From positions 32,001-96,000 of the IMG/VR virus record IMGVR_UViG_3300031994_000043: a DNA stretch of 64,000 nt. One strand, given 5' to 3'. A program made the position numbers and the translations under genes. Under the pieces are notes generated by a model. The model was given only the letters and a program-made list of their open reading frames with translations, was not told the origin of the DNA and made no database searches. This document shows positions 1 through 6,326 of the stretch, piece after piece. The stretch comes from a virus. Lineage: Duplodnaviria > Caudoviricetes. The first letter of the stretch is position 1. Every line of letters begins with the position of its first letter.

Positions 1-395
1 ATTTTCATAAACATAAAATACTCCTGGAGCCTACGATAACAGAAATCTAACTTCTCTTTGAAAATGTTCAGATCACTTTTACAATCATCTACAGTCCAGG
101 AAAATCTCCAATTTCGGTCTACATCACGATAAAGAAGATTTTTATATCCCAATTTATCTACTTCTTTACCATAACCAACACAAACAAGCGCATACTGTTT
201 GTTGTTTTCATCAGGATTCGTCCAATCTACTCCAAAAATAGGTGCATTTTCTGTATATCCGAACTGAAGCATAGCATTCTTATAATTCTCTGGCAAATCC
301 TTTACTGTCAAAGCATTATGGTAAATGACCCACGAACCAGGAACATTAGCTTCAATTAGTTCCTCAATCTTACCGATGTTTTTGAAAATACCCAT
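1..395 (-). CDS. hypothetical protein, runs off the window end; probable member of the DF-tail family
   Basis: Hand translation MGIFKNIGKIEELIEAN...KEKLDFCYRRLQEYFMFMK; open to position 1; SD-like AAGGA upstream; not in the ORF track. Confidence 0.75.
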   Translation of the reverse strand, partial: MGIFKNIGKIEELIEANVPGSWVIYHNALTVKDLPENYKNAMLQFGYTENAPIFGVDWTNPDENNKQYALVCVGYGKEVDKLGYKNLLYRDVDRNWRFSWTVDDCKSDLNIFKEKLDFCYRRLQEYFMFMK

Positions 396-421
396 GTGAA
401 ATTTCCTTTTTATGGCAGTTA

Positions 422-670
422 TTAACATACTTCTGTTACTACTTCATATTGAATGTTCTGTTTGTCAAGTTCTGCTTTGACCTGCGGCAGTTCATACTCG
501 GCAAAACAAACTCGGTCATTGAAATCATATCCCCACTTAAATTCGTAAGTGCGTTCAATAGGGCGACATCCAAGCATACCCGGTTTACCCATAGTGGCTC
601 TTGTAATAAAGTCCACCATTATCTTATCACCACTTTCAATATGATAAACCATTCTTACACCTTCTTCCAA
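422..670 (-). CDS. hypothetical protein
   Basis: ORF in a co-oriented, tightly packed operon. Confidence 0.6.
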   Translation of the reverse strand: MEEGVRMVYHIESGDKIMVDFITRATMGKPGMLGCRPIERTYEFKWGYDFNDRVCFAEYELPQVKAELDKQNIQYEVVTEVC

Positions 671-972
671 TATGTAATACGATACTTAGAACCTTCATAC
701 AGATATGGAACCTTACCGATATAATCGTGTTCAGGATGCTTTTCCATAAACTTCAAACATTCTTGCTCAGATCCCACAAACTCACTAAACTCATACTTGC
801 TCGGGTCATTGGGATCCGAGACCTGGAAGTCAACCGGACGCATACCCAAAACCTGCGGATGTTCGTCAAGTTTCTTGTCCATCTTTGCTTGGAACTTTTT
901 GGCAATCTTTTCTGCTTTTGCTGCGCGGGCTATTGCCATTTCTGCCTTAGTTCTGCGGTGACGCTTTGCCAT
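655..972 (-). CDS. hypothetical protein with basic N-terminus
   Basis: ORF MAKRHRRTKAEM..., packed operon. Confidence 0.7.
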   Translation of the reverse strand: MAKRHRRTKAEMAIARAAKAEKIAKKFQAKMDKKLDEHPQVLGMRPVDFQVSDPNDPSKYEFSEFVGSEQECLKFMEKHPEHDYIGKVPYLYEGSKYRITYWKKV

Positions 973-976
973 ATTC

Positions 977-1264
977 TTACCCCAACTTGTTCTGGTTCAA
1001 AAGTGTAACGAATGTAGTATACTGGCACTTATCATACTTCAAATGAAGCATCTTGCCATTAACCTTCAAATCTACTCCATCGTCCTTGAATTCGCCAATC
1101 TTTCCATTATTCTTGTAAATCGCAAGTCCCATAACATTTGTCTTGTCATTCTTGAAACCCTTGATTTCACAGCCCATAACAGAAAGCAACTGCATAACGA
1201 GATTCTTATTGATGTTCATTTTCGGTTTCTCCTTAAAGTCCCATTTGAAGGTTGATAAAGCCAT
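977..1264 (-). CDS. hypothetical protein (true start probably MNINKN at 1219)
   Basis: ORF; GGAG SD precedes the ATG at 1219. Confidence 0.65.
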   Translation of the reverse strand: MALSTFKWDFKEKPKMNINKNLVMQLLSVMGCEIKGFKNDKTNVMGLAIYKNNGKIGEFKDDGVDLKVNGKMLHLKYDKCQYTTFVTLLNQNKLG

Positions 1265-1397
1265 CCAAGAAAATCAAACCAAAGAACACTACCATACCGA
1301 TAACACCCTGGAGAATGTAATTTCTCTTTTGCTTACGAGCCATAGCGCGGTTGTATTCTGTCCAGTTCGTGTAACCATTCGGGATGTATTCGTTCAT
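1233..1397 (-). CDS. small membrane protein, 54 aa
   Basis: Hand translation MNEYIPNGYTNWTEYNRAMARKQKRNYILQGVIGMVVFFGLIFLDGFINLQMGL; GAGG SD; first gene after a promoter; one hydrophobic segment. Confidence 0.7.
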   Translation of the reverse strand: MNEYIPNGYTNWTEYNRAMARKQKRNYILQGVIGMVVFFGLIFLDGFINLQMGL

Positions 1398-1427
1398 AGT
1401 TGTTACCTCTTTTAATTTTCTATATAA

Positions 1428-1493
1428 AATATACTAAATTTAAACTGCGCTGTCAATAGTTTTATTTCCTTTTATTGTAACTTTTTCTTTACA
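1428..1493 (-). promoter_or_regulatory. sigma70-type early promoter with upstream palindromic box
   Basis: TTGACA (1451-1456)-N17-TATATT; TGTAAC-N6-TTTACA at 1476-1493. Confidence 0.8.
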
Positions 1494-1503
1494 TACATAA
1501 TCT

Positions 1504-1779
1504 ATGACAATTTTTGATGGTTTCTTAACAAATAATAATGCAGTTTTAATTAACTTTGAGTCAATCTATGATAATGACCCTTATTTACAAAAGTTTACAG
1601 AAGATTCATTATATGAAAATAAGGTAATCTATAAGACTACCTTTAATGGAATTTTAACTAATCTAGAAGATCCATTGAAATGTTCTTTAACAGAATTTAA
1701 GAGTGTTTATGAGAATGATTTGTATTTAAGTAACTTTAAAGAAACAATTAAAGATGAATTAGATGAATTTTTAGTGTAA
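1504..1779 (+). CDS. hypothetical acidic protein
   Basis: 91-aa ORF followed by a hairpin terminator. Confidence 0.6.
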   Translation: MTIFDGFLTNNNAVLINFESIYDNDPYLQKFTEDSLYENKVIYKTTFNGILTNLEDPLKCSLTEFKSVYENDLYLSNFKETIKDELDEFLV

Positions 1780-1801
1780 TTTCTAGTTTGCTATCGCAAA
1801 C

Positions 1802-1836
1802 AAAAACATTTGAAGGATAAACCTTCAAATGTTTTT
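1802..1836. terminator. probable bidirectional terminator
   Basis: Perfect 15-bp inverted repeat AAAAACATTTGAAGG-ataaa-CCTTCAAATGTTTTT. Confidence 0.65.
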
Positions 1837-1839
1837 TAT

Positions 1840-2182
1840 TTTCATAAAGGAGAATTATTAGTAACAATCTCTTTTTGGGTAACTGGGAAGTTTGAAACTT
1901 CAGCCTATTTAGGAACACTAGAACTGAAGTTTTTGATTCTTTTTGGTATAACGTATGAAGAATCACTTCTGTGGGATTTACGAATAAGCTTATGGGTCGG
2001 TCTTCCTGTACTCCAGCTACATCTTATTCAACCAAGGCGGCTATTTGTTAAACTTGCGAGGTTTAACTACGATGTTCTTTCATTCAGATGTGTACGAACT
2101 ATTACACAAAATGGCTATCCCTCTACCGATAGTGGCATTGAGTTGTACTTCGCTCCGAGGAAATAGACTTTCAAATGTCAAT
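1840..2182 (-). ncRNA. candidate structured non-coding RNA downstream of the tRNA operon
   Basis: No convincing ORF; several hairpins; own TTTACA-N17-TATATT promoter (2188-2216); ends at the 1802-1836 hairpin. Confidence 0.35.
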
Positions 2183-2247
2183 AGCCAAATATAGTAATTA
2201 TTACTTTATGTGTAAAAGTTTTTTATTTTTTAGATCTTTGGTTTTAG

Positions 2248-2320
2248 AGCCCTATTCGGGATTTGAACCCGAAACAGATGAGTGGAAGTCATCTATGTTA
2301 GCCAGTTACACTAATAGGAC
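2248..2320 (-). tRNA. tRNA-Gly(TCC)
   Basis: Cloverleaf; anticodon loop CTTCCAC; U73. Confidence 0.9.
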
Positions 2321-2329
2321 TAATGTTCG

Positions 2330-2398
2330 TTGCAGGTATGGGTGCCGACCCCACTGCCACAAAGATATGAGCTTTATGTGTATGCCGATACTCCTGCA
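2330..2398 (-). tRNA. atypical tRNA-Met/Ile2(CAT)
   Basis: Anticodon arm TAAAG-CTCATAT-CTTTG; shortened D arm; T-loop GTCGGCA. Confidence 0.65.
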
Positions 2399-2402
2399 AT
2401 AG

Positions 2403-2473
2403 TTGTTCGTGCTGGAATCGGACCAACATTAAGTGAGTCAGAGTCACCTGTACTACCGTTATACTAACGAACA
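2403..2473 (-). tRNA. tRNA-Gln(CTG)
   Basis: Cloverleaf; loop CTCTGAC. Confidence 0.9.
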
Positions 2474-2481
2474 GTAATTTA

Positions 2482-2553
2482 TCCCAATGCCGGAGAACGA
2501 TTCCGAACTTCAAGTGCCACAAACTTGCGTGCTACCAGTTACACCACACCAGG
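2482..2553 (-). tRNA. tRNA-His(GTG), atypical T-loop
   Basis: Anticodon arm CAAGT-TTGTGGC-ACTTG; T-loop ATCGTTC. Confidence 0.75.
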
Positions 2554-2563
2554 GATGAAGTAG

Positions 2564-2637
2564 TGCTCCATCAAGGACTCGGACCTTGGACTCATCGCTT
2601 AAGAGGCGATTACTCTGACCAACTGAGTTAATGGAGC
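2564..2637 (-). tRNA. tRNA-Lys(CTT)
   Basis: Cloverleaf; loop CTCTTAA. Confidence 0.92.
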
Positions 2638-2643
2638 ATTTAG

Positions 2644-2717
2644 AGCGCTTGGAGAGATTTGAACTCCCGAATCGCGGAGTTGCAGTCCGCTGCATTACCA
2701 GGCTTTGCTACAAGCGC
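2644..2717 (-). tRNA. tRNA-Cys(GCA)
   Basis: Cloverleaf; loop CTGCAAC; U73. Confidence 0.92.
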
Positions 2718-2720
2718 ATG

Positions 2721-2774
2721 AGATTACTGTGGAAATTTATTTAAATGGCGACGTATCCTCCACCACAGTAATCT
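2721..2774. repeat. 12-bp inverted repeat inside the tRNA operon
   Basis: AGATTACTGTGG-N30-CCACAGTAATCT. Confidence 0.8.
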
Positions 2775-2780
2775 TTTTAG

Positions 2781-2851
2781 AGCACCTATCCGGATTTGAA
2801 CCGGAGCTTCAACTTTGGTAAAGTCGCTTGCTACCACTACAACATAGGTGC
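2781..2851 (-). tRNA. tRNA-Gly(ACC)
   Basis: Arm CGACT-TTACCAA-AGTTG; G1-C72, C2-G71 and U73 Gly identity elements. Confidence 0.85.
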
Positions 2852-2863
2852 AAAATTTGTTCG

Positions 2864-2936
2864 TACTCCCGCCTGGATTTGAACCAGGAATACCAGGTTC
2901 GTAGCCTAGTGGTTTATCCAGTTAGCCTACGGGAGC
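2864..2936 (-). tRNA. tRNA-Arg(ACG)
   Basis: Cloverleaf; loop CTACGAA. Confidence 0.92.
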
Positions 2937-2942
2937 ATTTAG

Positions 2943-3026
2943 CGGAGAATGAGAGACTTGAACTCCCAAGTGCCGAAACACAGCGGTTTTCAGGACCGCG
3001 CCCTTACCAATTAGGGGTAATTCTCC
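2943..3026 (-). tRNA. tRNA-Ser(TGA)
   Basis: Long variable arm, G73, loop CCTGAAA (C33). Confidence 0.88.
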
Positions 3027-3030
3027 ATAG

Positions 3031-3114
3031 TAGCCCAGGTGGGAGTTGAACCCACATGCCCATAGGGCGCTTGCTTCTAAGGCAAGTACGTCTAGCCAAT
3101 TCCGTCACCAGGCC
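3031..3114 (-). tRNA. tRNA-Leu(TAG)
   Basis: Long variable arm, A73, loop CTTAGAA. Confidence 0.9.
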
Positions 3115-3128
3115 ATAATTTGTTTTAA

Positions 3129-3199
3129 CAGAAGTACCAGGACTCGGACCCAGACGAACAGACTTGGAAACTGCCATGCTACCGTTACATCATACTCCT
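3129..3199 (-). tRNA. tRNA-Trp(CCA)
   Basis: Loop TTCCAAG, G73. Confidence 0.85.
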
Positions 3200-3205
3200 A
3201 TTTAG

Positions 3206-3279
3206 CGACACCGGCGGGATTCGGACCCGCGAATGATGGTTAGACAGACCACTGTGTTAGACCACTTCACCACGATGCC
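3206..3279 (-). tRNA. tRNA-Asp(GTC)
   Basis: Loop CTGTCTA, G73. Confidence 0.9.
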
Positions 3280-3285
3280 ATATAG

Positions 3286-3360
3286 TCCATAGGGATGGAT
3301 TTGAACCATCAGTCTCCACCTTATCAGAGTGGCAAACGGAACCAATCGTTATGCCTATGG
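3286..3360 (-). tRNA. tRNA-Ile(GAT)
   Basis: Loop CTGATAA, A73; divergent D arm. Confidence 0.82.
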
Positions 3361-3372
3361 ATAATTTGTTAG

Positions 3373-3445
3373 TGCCGCCGGGTGGAATCGGACCACCGAC
3401 GCGAAGCTCTTCAGGCTTCCGCTCTACCAACTGAGCTACAGCGGC
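3373..3445 (-). tRNA. tRNA-Phe(GAA)
   Basis: Cloverleaf; loop CTGAAGA. Confidence 0.92.
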
Positions 3446-3451
3446 AAGTAG

Positions 3452-3525
3452 TGGATACAGACGGGGTTCGGACCCGTGACCTCTTCAGTGCTAATGAAGC
3501 GTTCTTCCAACTGAACTACTGACCC
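3452..3525 (-). tRNA. tRNA-Ala(AGC)
   Basis: Arm CTTCA-TTAGCAC-TGAAG; G3:U70. Confidence 0.85.
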
Positions 3526-3532
3526 AAAGTTA

Positions 3533-3607
3533 TGGACACATAAGGGATTTGAACCCTTGACATCCTGCGTGCAAGGCAGGCGTTCTACCAAACTGAACTA
3601 ATGGCCC
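3533..3607 (-). tRNA. tRNA-Ala(TGC)
   Basis: Loop CTTGCAC; G3:U70. Confidence 0.9.
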
Positions 3608-3614
3608 GTTTTCG

Positions 3615-3686
3615 TAGTACATTCGGGATTCGGACCCGAGTTTCCGCCTTGAAAGGGCAGCGAACTAACCGCTATTCTAATGTACC
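3615..3686 (-). tRNA. tRNA-Glu(TTC)
   Basis: Loop CTTTCAA. Confidence 0.9.
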
Positions 3687-3692
3687 GTTTCG

Positions 3693-3766
3693 TAGTGCTA
3701 TCCGGATTTGAACCGGAGTTTTAAGAGTGAAATTCTTATGTCCTAACCAAACTAGACGATAGCACC
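3693..3766 (-). tRNA. tRNA-Glu(TTC), first gene of the operon
   Basis: Arm TAAGA-ATTTCAC-TCTTA; Glu-like D arm. Confidence 0.85.
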
Positions 3767-3767
3767 A

Positions 3768-3805
3768 TAAAAGAAAAATCCCGTGGTTTGTGTTCCACAG
3801 GATTT
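3768..3805 (-). terminator. intrinsic terminator (attenuator) immediately upstream of the tRNA operon
   Basis: AAATCCTGTGG-AACACAAA-CCACGGGATTT followed by TTCTTTT. Confidence 0.85.
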
Positions 3806-3830
3806 AATTTGTTACGCCGGAAAATTATAA

Positions 3831-3944
3831 CTAATCAAATGCCTGTGGAGAACCTCTATCTTCGCCTGCGAATGCACCTTCAAATCGTTCGTCAATGGCG
3901 AACCAATCCTGGGCGAGGCAAATGTGGGACTTAAGCATCATCAT
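3831..3944 (-). CDS. 37-aa leader peptide of the tRNA operon (putative attenuator peptide)
   Basis: MMMLKSHICLAQDWFAIDERFEGAFAGEDRGSPQAFD*; AAGGA SD; 3' end complementary to the terminator 5' strand. Confidence 0.8.
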   Translation of the reverse strand: MMMLKSHICLAQDWFAIDERFEGAFAGEDRGSPQAFD

Positions 3945-4071
3945 AATTTCTTTTTCCTTATATTGTATATATAACTTTTAATTCCTGTTTTTTGATTCTT
4001 TTGTTAAACACATCCAAAATAATTGTTATTGGTTTTTCAACCGCTACACAATCATTTTGTTTACATAGACA

Positions 4072-4100
4072 AATATAGTTTATTGTTTTTTATTTGTCAA
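4072..4100 (-). promoter_or_regulatory. sigma70-type promoter driving leader and tRNA operon
   Basis: TTGACA (4095-4100)-N17-TATATT (4072-4077). Confidence 0.8.
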
Positions 4101-4137
4101 TGGGTAAATGTAATAATTTTGATTTTTTTGATCTTCG

Positions 4138-4608
4138 TTATTTAAAGTCTTTTGCTAATTTAGCTTCTTTGATATATTCTTGCATAGCTTTTGAGGCTTC
4201 GCTTACTTCCATCCATTTGCCAAATTTAGTAACCAACTTCTGTAACTGTTCAAAAGTCAAATTCTTACAAACAGATTCAAAATCTTTCTGTATATTCCAC
4301 CAGTCGGGAACATTAGCATATCCAGTACCGGAGTAGGCAGGCGTGTAATAAAAACTGTATCTAGTATTATTCTTAACTGTACCAATTTTTATAATAGCGT
4401 CATATCCATATCCACTGTAACCAGATGAATTGAACGTGATTTTACATTCAATTCTCGGTTTGCTTTGTAGATTGCCTATAATGTCAAAGCAATCAAACTG
4501 CCCACCGAATTTTAATGTTGCTAGCTTATCAACTGCTACTTTAATGTTTTGGGCATTAGTTATAGCATTGTCGCATAAACTTTTAATTCTTTCTTCTGCG
4601 TAACTCAT
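4138..4608 (-). CDS. hypothetical protein, DF-tail family
   Basis: GGAG SD; ends QEYIKEAKLAKDFK. Confidence 0.8.
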   Translation of the reverse strand: MSYAEERIKSLCDNAITNAQNIKVAVDKLATLKFGGQFDCFDIIGNLQSKPRIECKITFNSSGYSGYGYDAIIKIGTVKNNTRYSFYYTPAYSGTGYANVPDWWNIQKDFESVCKNLTFEQLQKLVTKFGKWMEVSEASKAMQEYIKEAKLAKDFK

Positions 4609-4623
4609 TTAAACTCCTATGAA

Positions 4624-4655
4624 AAAGAGGGTTAGGTTGTTACACCCAACCCTCT
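4624..4655 (-). terminator. intrinsic terminator after the vWA gene
   Basis: AGAGGGTT...AACCCTCT followed by a U tract on the minus strand. Confidence 0.65.
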
Positions 4656-4675
4656 CGGGAGGTACAACAAACTAA

Positions 4676-6139
4676 CTATTCTTCAATGGAGAAGAGCTGT
4701 TCAGTAGTGAGATGATACAAACACCAATCCGGGATGTAACTCTCAGTACCTGGCGTGGAAATCATAAAGATTTTCTTGAAGAAATGTTCCGGCTTCGGGA
4801 AATCAAATCCCATATCAGTGAAATAGATAATACCATCAAATTTCGCCTTTCTTTCCTTAATTGCTTCAAGAACGCATTCAGGATTCGTGCATCCGCGACC
4901 AATCAGCTTGAAGTCGGACTTCTTCTGCTTCTGTTCGGTGAATGGACCGCAAACACCATCCCAGAAACAATAGGACACATCAGCATGTTTTACGAACTTG
5001 TTCACAATCGCACAACCACGTTCCACATCCTTATCGTCCATAGAACCGGAGCAGTCAATCGCAACAAGAATACGAGAACGGAACTTATGCTTCTTACCAG
5101 GAACATCAAATCCCTTTCTACGATCTGGTCGCATACGGGTATCTTCAGTGTACTTATCCACTGTGTTCGCCTTGAATCTCTTCAGGACTGTCTTCGGGTC
5201 AAATTTCGGAGTATTGGCAGCAAGAATAGCCTGGAGCAAACCACCACTAATGTTACCCCACTGAGAAGCATTTTCTGCAATGTGGTGAGTGATTTCCTGG
5301 ATTTCCTGGTCTACCAGAGTATTTTCTTCCCAACCTTCCGTAGCCTTTTCAGCTGCGTCCTGGGAGCCGTCAAAATACTCATCCAATGCATCCTTCGTCG
5401 GGTTTCCGCTTCCGCCCTTACCCTGTTGGTTGCCCTTGCCCTGGCCCTGTCCATTACCTTGTCCCTGACCCTGGCTTTGTCCCTGACCCTTTCCTTGGCC
5501 TTGGCCTTGTCCCTGTCCTTGACCCTGTCCCTGGCCCTGTCCGCCACCACCCTGCTTTTCAGCGCAATCCATCAACATAGAGAACACCTTTTCAAGGAAC
5601 CAGTGGTCTTCTTCATTGAACTTGATTTTAGCGGTTTCTTGACGGAATTTTGCCTTGTTCGGAAATTCCTGGAGCATCTGCATAACTTCTTGCTTGTGAG
5701 TATTCAACACAGAACGCTGATTTTCGTCAAACGAGATATAGTCAGATGCCTTCTTGAAAATCTGGAGCGGGTAGCATTTACGAGTAGTGATATGGTGCAA
5801 AGCAATTCGCAAACATTCACTAAACATAATGTAAGCCAAAATGGAACATTCCTGAATCTTGTTCAACCAAATCGGGTTATATTCCATGTTGATAGCACTA
5901 CCAGTGCCACGGCAATTCAAGCGGAGAGTGACCTGCGGGTCCTTGACCGGCTTTAAATCGCACAAACCAAAATATGTGAGAACGGCAGGTTCAAACTGCA
6001 TCAACTTCACTGCTGAAGTAATGAGCTGTTCGGACTTGGAATTACATTCATCCCACAGTTCCATATATTTCTTGTTATCTTCCTTATAAAGCTGGGCAAG
6101 TTCGTCCTTGGGAAGATTTGAAATTTGAATTAGAGCCAT
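4676..6139 (-). CDS. vWA-domain protein with N-terminal metallopeptidase-like domain (DUF2201-type) and GQ linker
   Basis: MIDAS motif IDCSGSM, GRGCT, YFTDM; (GQ)n linker; adjacent to a MoxR-like ATPase. Confidence 0.85.
   Translation of the reverse strand: MALIQISNLPKDELAQLYKEDNKKYMELWDECNSKSEQLITSAVKLMQFEPAVLTYFGLCDLKPVKDPQVTLRLNCRGTGSAINMEYNPIWLNKIQECSILAYIMFSECLRIALHHITTRKCYPLQIFKKASDYISFDENQRSVLNTHKQEVMQMLQEFPNKAKFRQETAKIKFNEEDHWFLEKVFSMLMDCAEKQGGGGQGQGQGQGQGQGQGQGKGQGQSQGQGQGNGQGQGKGNQQGKGGSGNPTKDALDEYFDGSQDAAEKATEGWEENTLVDQEIQEITHHIAENASQWGNISGGLLQAILAANTPKFDPKTVLKRFKANTVDKYTEDTRMRPDRRKGFDVPGKKHKFRSRILVAIDCSGSMDDKDVERGCAIVNKFVKHADVSYCFWDGVCGPFTEQKQKKSDFKLIGRGCTNPECVLEAIKERKAKFDGIIYFTDMGFDFPKPEHFFKKIFMISTPGTESYIPDWCLYHLTTEQLFSIEE
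5400..5555 (-). repeat. Gly-Gln coding low-complexity repeat
   Basis: Imperfect hexamer repeats encoding GQGQGQ. Confidence 0.85.
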
Positions 6140-6183
6140 AAATTTGTACCTCTTAAATTAGTTTCGTTTTTCGTGTATAGTCT

Positions 6184-6239
6184 AATATAGTAAATTGTGA
6201 GACGTATGTCAATCCAAATTGGGTAAAATAAAATTTACA
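6184..6239 (-). promoter_or_regulatory. early promoter with palindromic box
   Basis: TTGACA (6207-6212)-N17-TATATT; GGTAAA-N6-TTTACA at 6222-6239. Confidence 0.8.
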
Positions 6240-6326
6240 AAGAAAAAAGGTGGTTTTCCCATTAGTTGAGAAAACCACCCTCAACCACCAATAAGGAAAT
6301 TTGGGCGAACCCAAAACGAATTAAGA

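Noticed and set aside
1748-2166. ORFs 1748-1966 (-) and 1810-2166 (+)
   Set aside because: Both cross strong hairpins, lack a convincing SD/start and have atypical composition; the region is treated as non-coding.
2721-2780. Theta/HDV-like ribozyme after a tRNA
   Set aside because: I could not build the nested double pseudoknot; only a simple stem is evident. A covariance-model search would settle it.
2175-3243. Short ORFs overlapping the tRNA cluster
   Set aside because: They lie across clear tRNA cloverleafs and have no SD or protein motifs.
3693-3766. Possible TCA (opal suppressor/Sec) anticodon in the first tRNA
   Set aside because: The 5-bp stem TAAGA/TCTTA centres TTC in the loop, and the body is Glu-like.
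2245-3770. CRISPR-like periodicity of GGATTTGAACC/TCGGACC motifs
   Set aside because: These are tRNA T-arms, not direct repeats with spacers.
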